Numbered from the stretch's first letter, positions 14,721 to 28,663 are shown. The stretch is DNA of 64,000 bases from the human T2T-CHM13v2.0 reference genome, Homo sapiens (GCF_009914755.1 NC_060933.1); one strand, 5' to 3'. Numbers and translations are program-made. Notes: generated by a model from the sequence alone, not told the origin.

Positions 14721-16536
14721 ACTATGTTTCTTTACGCTATGTTTCTTTACCTACATTCTTTAAATGGAGAGCTTTACATGGAAACCCTTCCTCTCATGGT
14801 CCCTGAACTATAATCTTGAGTCCTTGATGGCAGTGCAAGAAAATTTAACAGACAAAAATAAAAACTCTTCTCTTCTATTTATATACTTTCTCCCTAGACT
14901 TTTTATGTTCCTTCCCAATGCAACTTCATTATTTACCAAATAACTTGAGAGAGAAATTATCAGTGTGCTTGAAGCCCTACTGATCTCTAATATATTTACT
15001 GTAGATCCATCACACCCTTAAAGTCTCTGCTGAAATATCTGCCGTGTAGAAATGACCTCTGGTGAGTCAAAGCTTAAGATTTTCAGCCACTAACTGATAT
15101 TAAAAGTATTGGTAACTCTCTTTAAGAAAAGAAGTTGCAGTTCACCAACAAATCTCTGCATGCTTCAATTCTCTCCATAATCTTACCCCATCGTTAATAC
15201 ACACATTTAAGGGAAATATTAAATGTTTTTAATAGGCACATAGAGAGTGTACAGTAATTTTTCATTATCATTTTACTACTACTGCCATACGATCCATATC
15301 ATTATTACCTGAATTCTTCATACCATACTAGCTTCCGGAGTAGATGAAATAGAACGCTAAGCATTATTCTGAATACCTCACTTTTTCATATCTACTATAT
15401 TACTCTAAACAACTGAAACTCAAAACTTTTGAAGATTCACTCTTCACTAACTGACATTTAGATAATAAGATCATTTATGTAGTGTCTATTATGGGTTACA
15501 ACTTAAAATGAGTGAATAATATGATTTTCATTTTTGTTGTTTGAGTGTCATAAAATGCTTTCTGGCTATTTCTATCTGATTATACAGAAGAACACAGTGA
15601 CCTACATTTAAAGAACTTTCTCTGCTTAAGGATTGCAGCCTTCAGTGATACAATTCAGCAAGTCCTACATGACACTTTGCAAGATATGTCACAGCCAATA
15701 TAACATAGTACAGATTTTTCATGGTTATTATTAAATCCCCTAAAACCATTGACTCATGCTGCCCTTGACATAATAAACTTATTGTTCCTTACAAAGTCAC
15801 TACAGATGTGCAGTAAACCAGAATTATGCTTGCAACTTACATTCAAATCTTTGACACAGAAAAACACTTTTCTCTCAAGTTCAGTACATCTATTTATTAT
15901 TCACACGTCTCTCTTTCAGAGCTAAAAGAAATCACAGTTGGTAGAAAAACAGATTTTCTTTTCCTGTTGCTGTTCTATACAAAATTTTAGTCATAGTTTA
16001 AAAGGCATATCATTTTCCCAGGATATTAATTATAAGAAAATAAATCTTGGGGTAATTCAACTAACTTTCGGGTAGCTGAAACCCCAAACCTGAAAAATCC
16101 ACCTGTCCTAAACATTAATTACCACCCATGGGAAATTCTGCTGAGTAAATAAGAAATGGATATGGCATGAGACAGTGTTATTTGTTTTGCTACTGAAAAT
16201 GAGAGGAGATTGTTTCTATAGGTTTTAATGTCAGAAAACAGAGAGTTTATTTTCCAAGTCATAGCAATCACAATACCTAAATTCATGTTGAACATGGATG
16301 TCTTAGATATATAGAATATTTATCATCAATCAGCCTATTCAAATGTATTTTTTTATTATGAGTGACTGGATGGCAGAGTTTTAAATATCCCTTACCGTAG
16401 ATCATGACACATATAGAAATGGCAAAATTACAGACTCCAAATCAAACTCAAACCCTAGCACTGCAATATTTAGTTTTCTGTTCCCCCATTAGTTTGCTAG
16501 GGATAATGGCCTCCAGCTCCATGTGAACTTCGCTTA

Positions 16537-16962
<426 letters not shown>

Positions 16963-17631
16963 CTATTAGAGAAAGTGCATACCACCATAAAGTATATGAA
17001 CTAATGACAACTATGCCATCACAATAATTTACTTTTCCACTGATTTCTAGCACATTACTGTAGGCAAAATGTATTACTCATTTCTTTTTTCAGCTCTGGT
17101 GCCCCAGTGATTGTTCTCCATAACATTTAAAGATATTAAACAAGTTTGTCAACAATTTAGGATTAATTATTATATGTCTCTGTGTGCTTCAGTTCTCTCC
17201 AGAAACTTACTCCATCTTTGATACACACATTTAAGAGCCACATCAATGTTTTTAGTAGACACATGAAGACTGCACAGTAATTTTTATTTTGCTGCTACTA
17301 CTATACTATCTTAAAAATAAAACACTTTGCATCAATTGAAAATAAAGACCAATCAAAAATGGAAATAAATCATTTCTGCCATTGTTATCTACTTATGCAA
17401 AATTATAATCTGACATAAAATATCTTGATTTGTCTCATCTAAAGATGAAAACTAAAATTAGCTAGTGCCACTTTTGTCTAGTTACTCTACCAGGTATTTT
17501 CACCTTCTGCAATTAGCAGAAGTGGAATTCCAGCCTTGGTATGTTCCAACCTGAAAGCCCATATGTTGTTACAATACAATGACTCCCTCTTCCTTTCCAT
17601 CGAAAAATAACAAATGAATCTGAGAAACACA

Positions 17632-19518
17632 TACTACATGAAAACTATAACATAATGATTAATGAAATTGAAAAAGTCCCCAGGAACTTGAAAGATACTC
17701 CATGTTCATGGAAGGGAAAATCAACATTGTTAAAATGTCCATACTACTCAAAGCAATCTACAAATTCAATGCAATCCTTATCAAAATATCAATGACATTC
17801 TAGAAAAAAAAATCCTAAAATTTATATGCAATCACAAAAGACCCAGAATAGCCAAAGCTATCCTAAGCAAATAGAACAGAACTGAGGGAATCACATTACT
17901 GGCTTCAAATTACACTACAGAGCTACAGTAACCAAAACAGCATAGTCCTGGCATAGAAACAGAAACATAGACCAGTGGAACAGAAGAAAGAACCTAAAAG
18001 CAAATCCACATACCCTCAGAGAAGTCATTTTCAACTTAACTTACCTTTCAACAAAGGTGCCAAAAATACACTGAGGAAAAGAGTTTTTTCAATAAATGAT
18101 GCTGGGAAAACTGGATATCAATATGCAGAAGAATGAAACCAGACCCCTGTCTCTTACCATATAAGAGATTCAGATAAAATATTGATTCAAATAAAAATGA
18201 ACTAAAAAATTAAATATAAGACCTTAAACTATTAAACTACTACCAGAAAACATTGGGAAAACTGTCCAAGACATCAGTCTGGGGAACAATTTATTGAGTA
18301 ATACCCCACAAGCACAACCAAAGCAAAAACGGATAAATGGGATCACGTGGAGTTGAAAATCTGCACAGCAAAGGAAACAATCCATTAAGTGAAGAGACAA
18401 CCCACAGAATGGGACAAAATATCTGAAAACTATCTATCTGACAAAAGGTTAATAGCTAGAATATATAAGGAGCTCCAATGACTCCACAAGAAAAAAAAAT
18501 CCAGTCATCTGATTTTAAAATGGGCAAATAATTTGAATAGACATTTCTCAAAAGAAGACATACAAATGGCAAACAGACATGTGAAAAGGTGCTCAATATC
18601 ACTGATCATTAGAGAAATGCAAATCAAAACTACAATGAGATATCATCTCATTCCAGTTAAAATTGCTTATTTCCAAAAGACAGGTAATAACAAATGCTGC
18701 AGAGAATGTGAAGGAAAGAGAACACTCGTACACTGTTGGTGTGAATGAAAGTTAGTACAACCACTACGTAGAACACTTTGAAGGTTCTTCAAAAAACTTA
18801 AGTAGAGCTACCATACAATCCAGCAATCCCATTGCTGGGTATTTATGCCAAAGAAAGGAAATCAGTGTATTGAAGAGATATCTGCGCTCCTATGTTTGTT
18901 GCAGCACTGTTCACAATAGGCAAGATTTGGAAGCAACTGAAGTGTCCATCAACAGATGAATAGATAAGAAAAATGTGGTACTTACACACAATGGAGTGCT
19001 ATTCAGCCATAAGAAAAAAATGGCATTCAGTCATTTGCAACCACATGGATGAAACTGGAGGTCATTACGTTAAGTGAAATAAGCTAGGAACAGAAAGACA
19101 AACATCACATGTTCTCACTTATTTGTAGGATCTAAAAATCAAAACAATTAAACCCATAGAAATAGAGAGTAAAAATAGAAATAGTTACTAGAGGCTGGGA
19201 AGTATAGTAGGGGGTTGGTGGGGAGGTGGGAATTGTTAATTGGTACAAAAAAAAATAGATAAGACCTAGTATTTGATAGCATAAAAGGGTGACTATAGTC
19301 AACAATAATGTAATTGTACATTTTAAAATAATGACAAGAGTATAATTGGATTGTTTATAATGCAAAGGATAAATGCTTGAGTGAATAAATACTCCATTTT
19401 CCATGATATGATTATTATGCATTGCACTCCTGTAACAAAATGTCATATGTACCACAAAAATAGATACATCTACTATGTACCCACAAAAGTGAAAAAAATA
19501 TATAAAAAAAGAAAAAAA
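17632..19518 (+). mobile_element. L1MA (L1MA2/3-like), 5'-truncated: ORF2 3' part plus 3'UTR
   Basis: ORF2 C-terminal remnant [38 protein letters not shown]; 3' end ctactatgtacccacaaaa plus A tail. Confidence 0.9.
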
Positions 19519-19890
19519 CAGTCATCACTATGATCAGATGTTGGAGCTAACATACAAGGATATTTTTAAAGGTATTACACATATATTCAAGATCCTCAGA
19601 TGAAACGTTAACAAAATGAACAAACAGATGGGAAATAGCAAATACATGGAAACTAAGAAAAAGAACTAAAAATGAATTCTATGAACAAATAAAATATATA
19701 CATAGAGTCCTGTAAGGCAATATCAGTGTGTTAAGTCAGAAAATGCTAAGTGAGTCTAGCAAGAAAAAAAAAAAGGTGGAAAAGGTTAGGAAAAAAACAA
19801 GATAAAATAACAGCCAAGTATTTATTAACTTGAAGCTATAAAAGCTCAGTGAGCATCAAGCATAATTAATACAAAGAAAACTATATCCTA

Positions 19891-20228
19891 TGCCTAGCGT
19901 GGTTGCTCATGCCTGTAGTACCAACATTTTGGGAGGCTGAGGCTGGTGGATTGTTTGAGTCTAAGAGTTTGAGACCAGCCTGGGCAACAAGGCAAAACCT
20001 TGTCTCTACTAAAAATACAAGAATTGGCTGGGTGTGGTGGCACACGCCTATAGTCCCAGCTACTAGGGAGGCTGAGGGGGAAGAATCACCTGAAACCAGG
20101 AAGATCCAGGCTACAGTGAGCTATGATCACACCACTGCACACCAGCCTGGGTGGTGACAGACAGAATGATACCGTCTCAAAAAAAAAAAAAACAAGAAAA
20201 GAAAAGAAAAAGAGAAGAAAAAGAAAAC
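19891..20228 (+). mobile_element. AluJ
   Basis: J-type features (ggctacagtgagctatgatcacacc); degenerate TSD aagaaaac.atccc. Confidence 0.9.
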
Positions 20229-20429
20229 AATCCCCTGTGCTATCATAGTACAACTTTAAACAAAATAAATAATATTGATAGTATCCAGAGAAACAGTACA
20301 GTTTACATTTAAATAGACAATGATACAAATAATTCATGAATTTCTTATAAGAAATAGTAAAGACTATCTGAAAATGGTCTAACATCTCTAAACTCCTGCA
20401 TAAAGAAGAGCTTACTTTAATGAAGTTTT

Positions 20430-21097
20430 GGGGTGTGGCTTTTATCTAATAGATTGCATTATAATGGAATTAGATAAAACTCACACAGATTTTAAGCAAA
20501 TTATGTCAGCTTGAACTGAAACAGACAAAGTAACAATGAAGAGTGTTATGTAGACCCTTGAACTACCATGGGCAGCAAGGAGGCTGAGAAAACTACTCGG
20601 TTGCAAGCATGATATATTTTTTTAATTGAAAAGGAAGAATAACTGGTGATGCAAAGATGTAAGCCCAATGGGCACAGCAAAGAGTCACGGAACATTAGAC
20701 CAAAGAATTAGGACTGAGTGTGGTTAGGGAAGCGAGGAACTGACAAACAGCACTCAGTGGGTTTCAGAATTGCTAGGACCAATGATGGCAAGCCTCCCAT
20801 TGCTGCCTTTTGGAGTAAAAGCATCTATTATAGTTATCCTACGTGTTTCTCTCTATTATATGTTGAATATAGAGGACAGAGGACTTGCCTCATTAATTTA
20901 CAAGTTTTCAAATTGAGAGAAAATCAGCGGAGCTACAATTGAAGTGCTACACCCAAGAAAACTCATCCACACCTGGAACTCCTATACCTAAGCCGGAATC
21001 TCTGGTAGAATGAGACTTTATGGGTGGAGGCCTGGGACACAGATGATTATATTCAGCATGTGAGCAGAATAAGAGCTGTTTTGATGACAAGGAAGAC
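20430..21097 (+). mobile_element. MLT1-type MaLR internal sequence (3' part)
   Basis: Resembles MLT1-int (tttcagaattgctaggacca...; ctcatccacacctgga) and ends directly before the LTR; boundaries approximate. Confidence 0.5.
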
Positions 21098-21240
21098 CGT
21101 GGCAGGCTATATTTTTCATAATGGTCATGGCAATATCTCAGTCCAACCTACTCTTCCAGAACCTTGCCTCTCTTCTATAAGGAGGTGGGAACCTTTGGAG
21201 ATCATAATTAATAAATAGACTGTAGCTGCTTTCGGTCCTG

Positions 21241-22530
21241 GTGGCCAGGGCTGAGCCAGCGACGCCCTCCCTTCACTCTCCGCGCCTGCTCTCCTGCTGT
21301 CCGCCCGCTCCGCCACCCGCTCCGCTGCCCGCCAGGCCACCATGACGGAACAAGCCATCTCCTTCGCCAAGGACTTCCTAGCTGGAGGCATCACCGCCGC
21401 TATCTCCAAGACAGCCGTGGCATCGATCAAGCGGGTCCAGCTGCTGCTGCAGATGCAGCACGCCAGCATGCCGATGGCCGCCGCCAAGCAGTGCAAGGGC
21501 ATCGTGGACTGCATCGTCCGCATCCCCAAAGATCAGGGCGTGCTGTCCTTCTGGAGGGGCAACCTGGCCAATGTCATCCGCTACTCCCCCACGCAAGCCC
21601 TCAATTTCGCCTTCAAGGATAAGTACAAGCAGATCTTCCTGGCGGGCGTGGACAAGCACACGCAGTTCTGCAGGTACTTTGCGGGCAACCTGGCCTCTGG
21701 CGGCACGGCCGTCGTGTATCCCCTGGATTTCACCAGAACCCGCCTGGCAGCCGACGTGGGAAAGTCAGGCACGGAGCGCGAGTTCCGAGGCCTGGGAGAC
21801 TGCCTAGTGAAGATCAGCAAGTCCGACGGCATCCGGGGCCTTTACCAGGGCTTCAGCGTCTCCGTGCAGGCCATCATCATCTACCAGGCAGCCTACTTCA
21901 GGGTGTACGATACGGCCAATGGCATGTTCCCCGACCCCAAGAACACACACATCCTGGTGAGCTGGATGACCGCGCAGACCGTGACGGCCGTGGCTGGCGT
22001 GCTCTCCTACCCCTTCGACACAGTGCGGCGGCGGACGATGATGCAGTCCCGGCGCAAAGGAGCTGACATCATGTACACGGGCACCGTCGACTGTTGGAGG
22101 AAGATCTTCAGAGACGAGCGGGGCGAGGCCTTTTTCAAGGGTGTGTGGTCCAACGCCCTCAGAGGCATGGGGGTGGGGGCGGGCTTCGTGCTGGTCCTGT
22201 ACGACGAGCTGAAGGTCAGCTAAGGGCCTTGGCATCCTCCACACACACACCAAAGGAACCAAGAGAACCACGTAGAATCCTCAAGTGTGCAAACCATCGA
22301 CATTCGAGAAATTCCAGTCGTCTTTTTCCCAGCCGGACCCTGCCTGTAGATGGCCAGGAAAGGCTCTAGAAAAGGGGCGCATTGGCTGAGCGTGGTGGCG
22401 GGCGCCTGTAGTCCCAGCTACCTCGGGAGGCTGGGGCAGGAGAATGGCGTTAACCCGGGAGGCGGAGCTTGCAATGAGCCGAGATCGCGCCACTGCACTC
22501 CAGCCTGGGCGACAGAGCGAGACTACGTCT
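21241..22530. promoter_or_regulatory. CpG island carried by the retrocopy, extending into the nested AluY
   Basis: About 75 CpG counted by hand in 21241-22223 (about 980 bp, GC above 60%) in an otherwise CpG-poor window. Confidence 0.8.
21342..22223 (+). CDS. SLC25A6: Open 293-aa ADP/ATP translocase 3-like reading frame of the retrocopy; translation and function unproven
   Basis: gccaccATG Kozak; three mitochondrial-carrier repeats; about 30 substitutions and 3 in-frame indels versus recalled ANT3; no internal stop. Confidence 0.6.
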
Positions 22531-22575
22531 CAAAGGAAAAAAGAAAAGAAAAAAAAAAGGAAAAGAAAAGAGAAA
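22385..22575 (+). mobile_element. AluY right arm (5'-truncated) inserted in the retrocopy 3'UTR
   Basis: Y-diagnostic gagaatggcgt and ggcggagcttgca; perfect 17-bp TSD agaaaaggggcgcattg at 22368-22384 and 22576-22592. Confidence 0.95.
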
Positions 22576-25485
22576 AGAAAAGGGGCGCATTGTGATCCAA
22601 CCATCGGTACCGGATTCCAAGTCTTGATCACTAGGGGAAGGGAACTAGGGTGTCCTGGTGGGCCCACGGGCGAGGCACTCCAATACTCAGACCTAGAAGT
22701 CCAGATGCTTGTAGGATCCAAGTCGTGTTTAAGTATTTATTTAAAACAAAAGAATCATGTTCCCCATTTGTACTTAAGCACTAGTCCCTCTTTTGCACAG
22801 CCGAGTACTTTCAATTATGTTCTATGTTGGGCATCGTGCTGCGAAACATTAAACACAGGATGCGGGGCTGGCGGGGGGGAATAATTAAATAAATAAACAA
22901 ATCGAAGGTAGCAGAAGTGAGACTAAGTAATATATTAGGCGAGCTTAGAAAGACGGTGCAGCTTCCACTTGACTTTTTCTTAGGACCCTTGCCTTTTGGA
23001 ACTCAGACGTCATGTTATGAAGAGGCTGAGGCTACATGAAGAAGTCATGTTGACACATTTAAGCACATAGGTCTAGCTAAGGACCCTGCTGACAGCCAGG
23101 ATCAACTGCCAGATATGCGAGTAAACAAACTGTGGTGATTTAACATCCAGCTTCAGAGTAACCCTAACGATGCTAACTAAGTACAGCAAAGACAAGCTGT
23201 TCCTGCAAAGCCCTGCTCAAATAGCAAATTGACGACCATAGTAATATTGTTGTTTTAAAAAACAGTATTATTGTATCAGTTTGTCATCATAGAAAAGCTT
23301 TAAATAGATAATCTTAAAAAGTAATTTTCTTAAGAATATATACATTATGATAGCATTAATATATAATACATTGGAAGTGAAGCCTAAATAATTGTTGATT
23401 AATAAATTTAAAATATCAATATGCTTTAAAATGTTAATTACTGTTTATCAAGTTGGAGAGTTTAAAGCAGAAGTCAAGCTCTTATCACAAGTGATCTTCT
23501 TTATTGGGTAAATGCATTTATTAATTACTTTTAAAAATTTATCAAAAACATGTATAAATAGGTGTTAAATATTTAAGGTACTACAGAATAGATGATGTTT
23601 AACAAGAAAACCTTTAAAGATGAGGTGTTGGAAGAAACACAGAACAAGCAAAATGCATCAGTTTACTAAATGCAGGAAATGCAAATCAGTCAGTAAATTA
23701 TTACAGCAAGAATGCATGGTGATTAAAAAAAATAAGGTTAGCCTCATACATACACATGCATTATACATATAGCAAGGACAATAAATGTAAGTTAAATATA
23801 ATTCTTTAAAAACACTCACAAATTGGATTAAATAATGCTTAAAAATTGTTATGATAAAAATGTTTAAGACATTCAAAAGATACACAAAAACTGAAAATAC
23901 AGGAATAGAAGTAGACAAATTAGACAATTACTAATAAAAAAATTGAAGCAATACTAATATCAGATAAAAATAATTCAATGTAAAAGGAATTCAATGGAAT
24001 ATTGGAGAGAATAATTGTTCAAGGACAAGTGTTTACCTTTATCTCCTTGGAAACATAATACAGTTTTGAAATTTATAGGCAAAGAGTGTTAGAACTATGA
24101 AAAGAGAGACTAAAGATGTAAATGTATTCTCTGGGTGATGTAGTTCAAAACTGATTGGTTTTGCTCTTATGATAAAATAATTCAGATAGAGATTTCTTGA
24201 GTGATTTTTTTACACAATAAGATATTCTCTTTGTAAATTTCTGGTCAACTATCCCCGACTATCACCTGTTTTTACAGCAAAACTATAAAAATTTTAAGTT
24301 TCAACTTTTGAAATCGAATTGCCAGAACAATTGATTATGATGTTGAATGACTGAATCTACAAACATTTGTTTCACACCAGTGGGCTCTATCTTAAATATA
24401 GAAAGATTTGAGTCATCAATTATAAATAAAAGTATAAAACATAAATATTAATTTTAAATATAATATTTATAATCAACATAGTGTAAACTTTGTATTTAAA
24501 AATTGTATAAAACTATGAAAATGAAAAGAGGCTTTTTAAGTGTTCAACTGACAATCCCATATTTATTAATTAAAATCAGGTAAAAACTAACTATAAATTT
24601 AGATAACCTTCAATAAATTTATTTTATCACTTTTTTTAACTTTCTGCATAATAATAATGGGACATTCTTGATTAAAAAAACATCAATTTCATGAACACTA
24701 AATAAATTATATCAAATGGAATTAATACGCATGATGATTTACTGTAATTTAACTCAAATAGAAAAATTGAAAACTACTCAAGTCACAGTTAAAATTAATT
24801 TTAACTGTATCTTTGGGGTATAATTTTCCTAACTAAAACTCACTCCTATCATTAGAAAAGGAAATCCATGAAGAAAGCAGGAATTTTATATGGAATAAAA
24901 GTTATAGCATATGTTAAACTGGAGAAAGTTACATAAATTGTCAATATTCTTCTCACACTAAATGGCACTAAAAGGGTACTTTGAAAATGAGATTTAAATT
25001 CAAAAAATTTCTCTCTACCTATGGCATTTTACCATTTTCCATTCACAATGGATAATATCTGAGGAAGAGTTCTGAGGTGGCAGCATGCTTGTACACCTGC
25101 TTTGCTAAAATTGCTTAAGTGCTAATTCACTGGCAATTTCACTGCAATAGCAGGTAGTTTATTTTTAACTGCATTTAGGGTTTTGAATGCTCATAGTGAC
25201 ACAGAATTCAATCTGTGAGCCATTCCATGAGAAACTATTTAAGATTAATACTTAAAACTGTTAATTAATTTCTGCAGTCACTGGGCCTTATACATAAAAT
25301 CATTGCTGTGTTAAGGTAAATGCAGATGTTTGTAAATTCATCTTTTAAATAAGTGTATTTTTGAGAAAAAATTTCAATTTAACAAATATTTACTGAGCAC
25401 AATTTGTATAGAGAAGTAAATCAAATAGACATTGGGTATGATTACCATAGCAGTTTCTGAACATATAGTCCAATAAATATAGTGG

Positions 25486-25590
25486 ATGTGTGTGTGTGTG
25501 TGTATATATATACACACACATATATATACATATATATGTATATGTGTGTGTATATATGTATGTGTGGCTATACATATATTTATACACATG
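25486..25590. repeat. Compound (TG)/(TA)/(CA) microsatellite
   Basis: Alternating purine-pyrimidine tract. Confidence 0.9.
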
Positions 25591-28372
25591 TATTTCACCC
25601 TCATGCTAGCCATTATCAAAAAATTCATAACCAAAATAACCACAGATGCTCTCTTCTGTCTCAGAACTACATCTTTTCAGTTTTGAGGTATAAATTACTA
25701 ATATTAAGCATTACTAATTAAGCATTACTAAGAAATTACTAGCATTCACTTGAAAAAATGAACTTAAATCATCACAGGCTGGTTTTGTAGATCTCTTTAG
25801 ATATAAAAATGGAAAGTTCTAGATTTAGAAAATCTCTAGGATATAATTACATTTTAGTGTTCTTACAAGTCTTGATTTCTCCTTTCTGGGACATCCAGAA
25901 TGTTGACTTTGATAATTATTTAGCAGAGTCAAGATAGATACAACTCATATTATAGGAACAATTCATGAAGCTACTTTGTCTCTGAAACCAGTTTTAATAA
26001 TGTATATGATATACTTAACACTTGGCCTGAAAGAAAATGTCATAAAATATATTTTCTTTTACATGTCTTCATTTTAAATCCCTTTTCGTATCATTTTTCC
26101 CTAACCATTGTATAGACATTTCATAACTTGCATTTTGGGTACTTTGTTTCCCTTCTTTGATGTCATTAAAAATACTAAAAGCAAATTCACTTCAGAAAAC
26201 AGCAGAAAACTTGCATTACTTTTTTTTTTTTTTACATCATCTCATGCTGTCACCTCTTGTATATTTTTCTTCTAAATTGTTTGAAATTTGTCTCCCATAT
26301 TATCTGGCTATACTTTTGATAATAATAAAACTTTATTTGCATAGTTACCTCAAACTATATTAAATGCACAGGTCAATTACCTTCCCACAAAAATAATTAC
26401 CTCATACTTATTTTGCTGGGTTTAGTGAAGTTTGAATTAACTTCAGATTATTCCCCTTGTCACAGTGATTTGTATGGGTTTAAATTTCTCTTTTTCAAAT
26501 AAAGTTATTTTCCTTATTTTATATTGTATATATCTATAGGAGAAAATGTAGCAAATCCAGAAAAACTAAATAAAGAACATAAACTATGCATTGTCCAACT
26601 ACCTGGAACCATACCTTTTAGAGTTTGGTATAGATGATACCAGTTTTATGTGTGTGTGCATACATTTAATGTGCTGCTTTACTGTGTTTTAAGTATGTTT
26701 ACATAATTCATAATATTTTAAATATTGGTTTTAAATATAGATTTTTCTGTAATAGTAAAGATGTTTTTTCATAAAAATGCAGAAAAAGCAGAAATGTATA
26801 AAATTAATAGTAACCTCTTATTCAGACCGATGAGCAAATTACACTTATTTCTAAGTAATTAGCGTTGCATAAAATAGTGAGATCAATATTTTAATTGGCA
26901 AAGAGCATAAATATAAATTATATATATTTGTGTGTATGTGTATATGTGTGCGTATGTACATATATATCCATACATATGTATAATCTATATACTATATTAT
27001 ATATTATTATATTGAGTCACTTGAGCCATTTTTGCTTTATTTCCATTTACTTTCCTTTCATTATTTTTCAGTGGGAAAGATTAATAAACTACCTAATGGC
27101 AATCACTAAGGTCATCATTCTTCCTATATACTCTTCCATCTATTTCTCATCAGTCTTCTTTCTGAAATATATTTAAAAATCAATATATAGTGTATGACCT
27201 TAAATAGTAAACACAAGAATAAAAATATATGGAATATTCTTAAATGAGTTAAATTCTTTTTTTTTTTTTTTTCATTTTCATTTTCCCTCAAACATTCTCT
27301 TTCTACAAAAGCTGGTAAGACCTCAAGCTGTGCTCTTATTTGTAATGGTAAGTGTCATTTTGGTGGCCATGTGGCTACACAGCATGAGGTAGCTATGATG
27401 AACCCTGATGAAAACGACAGGTGCAAAATGAGAAAAGTTTGCACACAACAAGTTTGGCTTTATAAAGGCTTCAGGTTTACCATCATCAGAGAACCTTGAT
27501 CTGCTGTGGTTTAAAACAAGGAAGGGAACCACCTGTTTTGCCTCAAGCAATAGTTAAGATCAAACAAAATACGCTCTGAAACAGTAAGACATGACAAAAG
27601 AGAGTGAAAGTGTTTTTCAGCAATGGCAATAGAAGTTACTTTCTGCAAAAAGAGTTGGGTTATTACCAAGTAAAGCACAGTGGTAATAACCCAAAGGCAA
27701 ATTAGAGTAAAGAAAAGCAGATATATGCAGGTGGTAGAACAATATTTGCATTTCCATAGATAAATACTTTTAAACATACAGAAAAAACAAAGGGACACAG
27801 AACTCATAGTAATGATTTGGATATTTCCTTTGGCCAACATATCTCCTCAGTTTCTAGGGCACACACTGAGATTCAAGAGAAGCCTGAAGAAGAGCATATT
27901 TATGAAATAACTATCCACAACTGACATCTACTTGTAAAGGATTAATATATTTTTCATAAACATGAGAGATATATCCATTCATAAAACTCTTTAAATCACA
28001 TTGTACAACTTGGATGTGATGGTTGCTTATTCACAGGATGAAGACGCAATGACTGGAATATACAATGTAAATGATTCACACATAGGCACCACCACCTCCA
28101 AGTAAAAAAGCAATTTGTGAAAAACAAGGAAAACTCTTGTTTTTGTCGGGGCCAGAGAAGTATAGTTGATGGTAATTTGTAATCAGAAAACACAGCAAAC
28201 TGCTCAATTAAAAAAATCAATCCCAAACTTCTGCCTTTTTTACAGATTCTAAACAACTATGTTAATTAGACCTAAAAAACTATAGGTATATGTGCATAAT
28301 CAAATCAAGTCTTACCGAAATCTAGATCTGATGGCTTCCAACACCAACATTTAGAAAGATATCCCCAGTGCA

Positions 28373-28663
<291 letters not shown>

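Larger units (their letters stand above)
21229..22898 (+). pseudogene. SLC25A6P: Processed (retrotransposed) copy of SLC25A6/ANT3 mRNA with 5'UTR, CDS, 3'UTR and degraded poly(A)
   Basis: Intronless; ANT3-type N-terminus [12 protein letters not shown]; ATTAAA at 22848-22853; A-rich tail 22880-22898; degenerate TSD aaatagactgtagc (21213-21226) / aaatcgaaggtagc (22899-22912). Confidence 0.93.
21098..23310 (+). mobile_element. MLT1 (G/H-like) LTR split by the SLC25A6 retrocopy (21098-21228 and 22899-23310)
   Basis: 5' part gtggcaggctatattttt...aaatagactgtagc; 3' part resumes gtagcagaagtga...aagccctgctcaaatagcaaatt...ttgttgttttaa. Confidence 0.7.

Noticed and set aside
21125-22271. Antisense and alternate-frame ORFs (134, 155, 93, 83, 78 aa) over the retrocopy
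   Set aside because: Shadow ORFs expected from GC-rich coding sequence; no independent evidence.
25374-25721. ORFs over microsatellites (also 26895, 34996, 35017)
   Set aside because: Low-complexity open frames with no coding signal.
27255-27353. Polypyrimidine tract, AG and GTAAG donors suggesting a micro-exon
   Set aside because: Weak AAAG acceptor and no host transcript evident in the window.
27395-27450. CTGATGA...GAAA resembling a hammerhead ribozyme core or C/D box
   Set aside because: No stem II or flanking helices could be formed, and no terminal stem.
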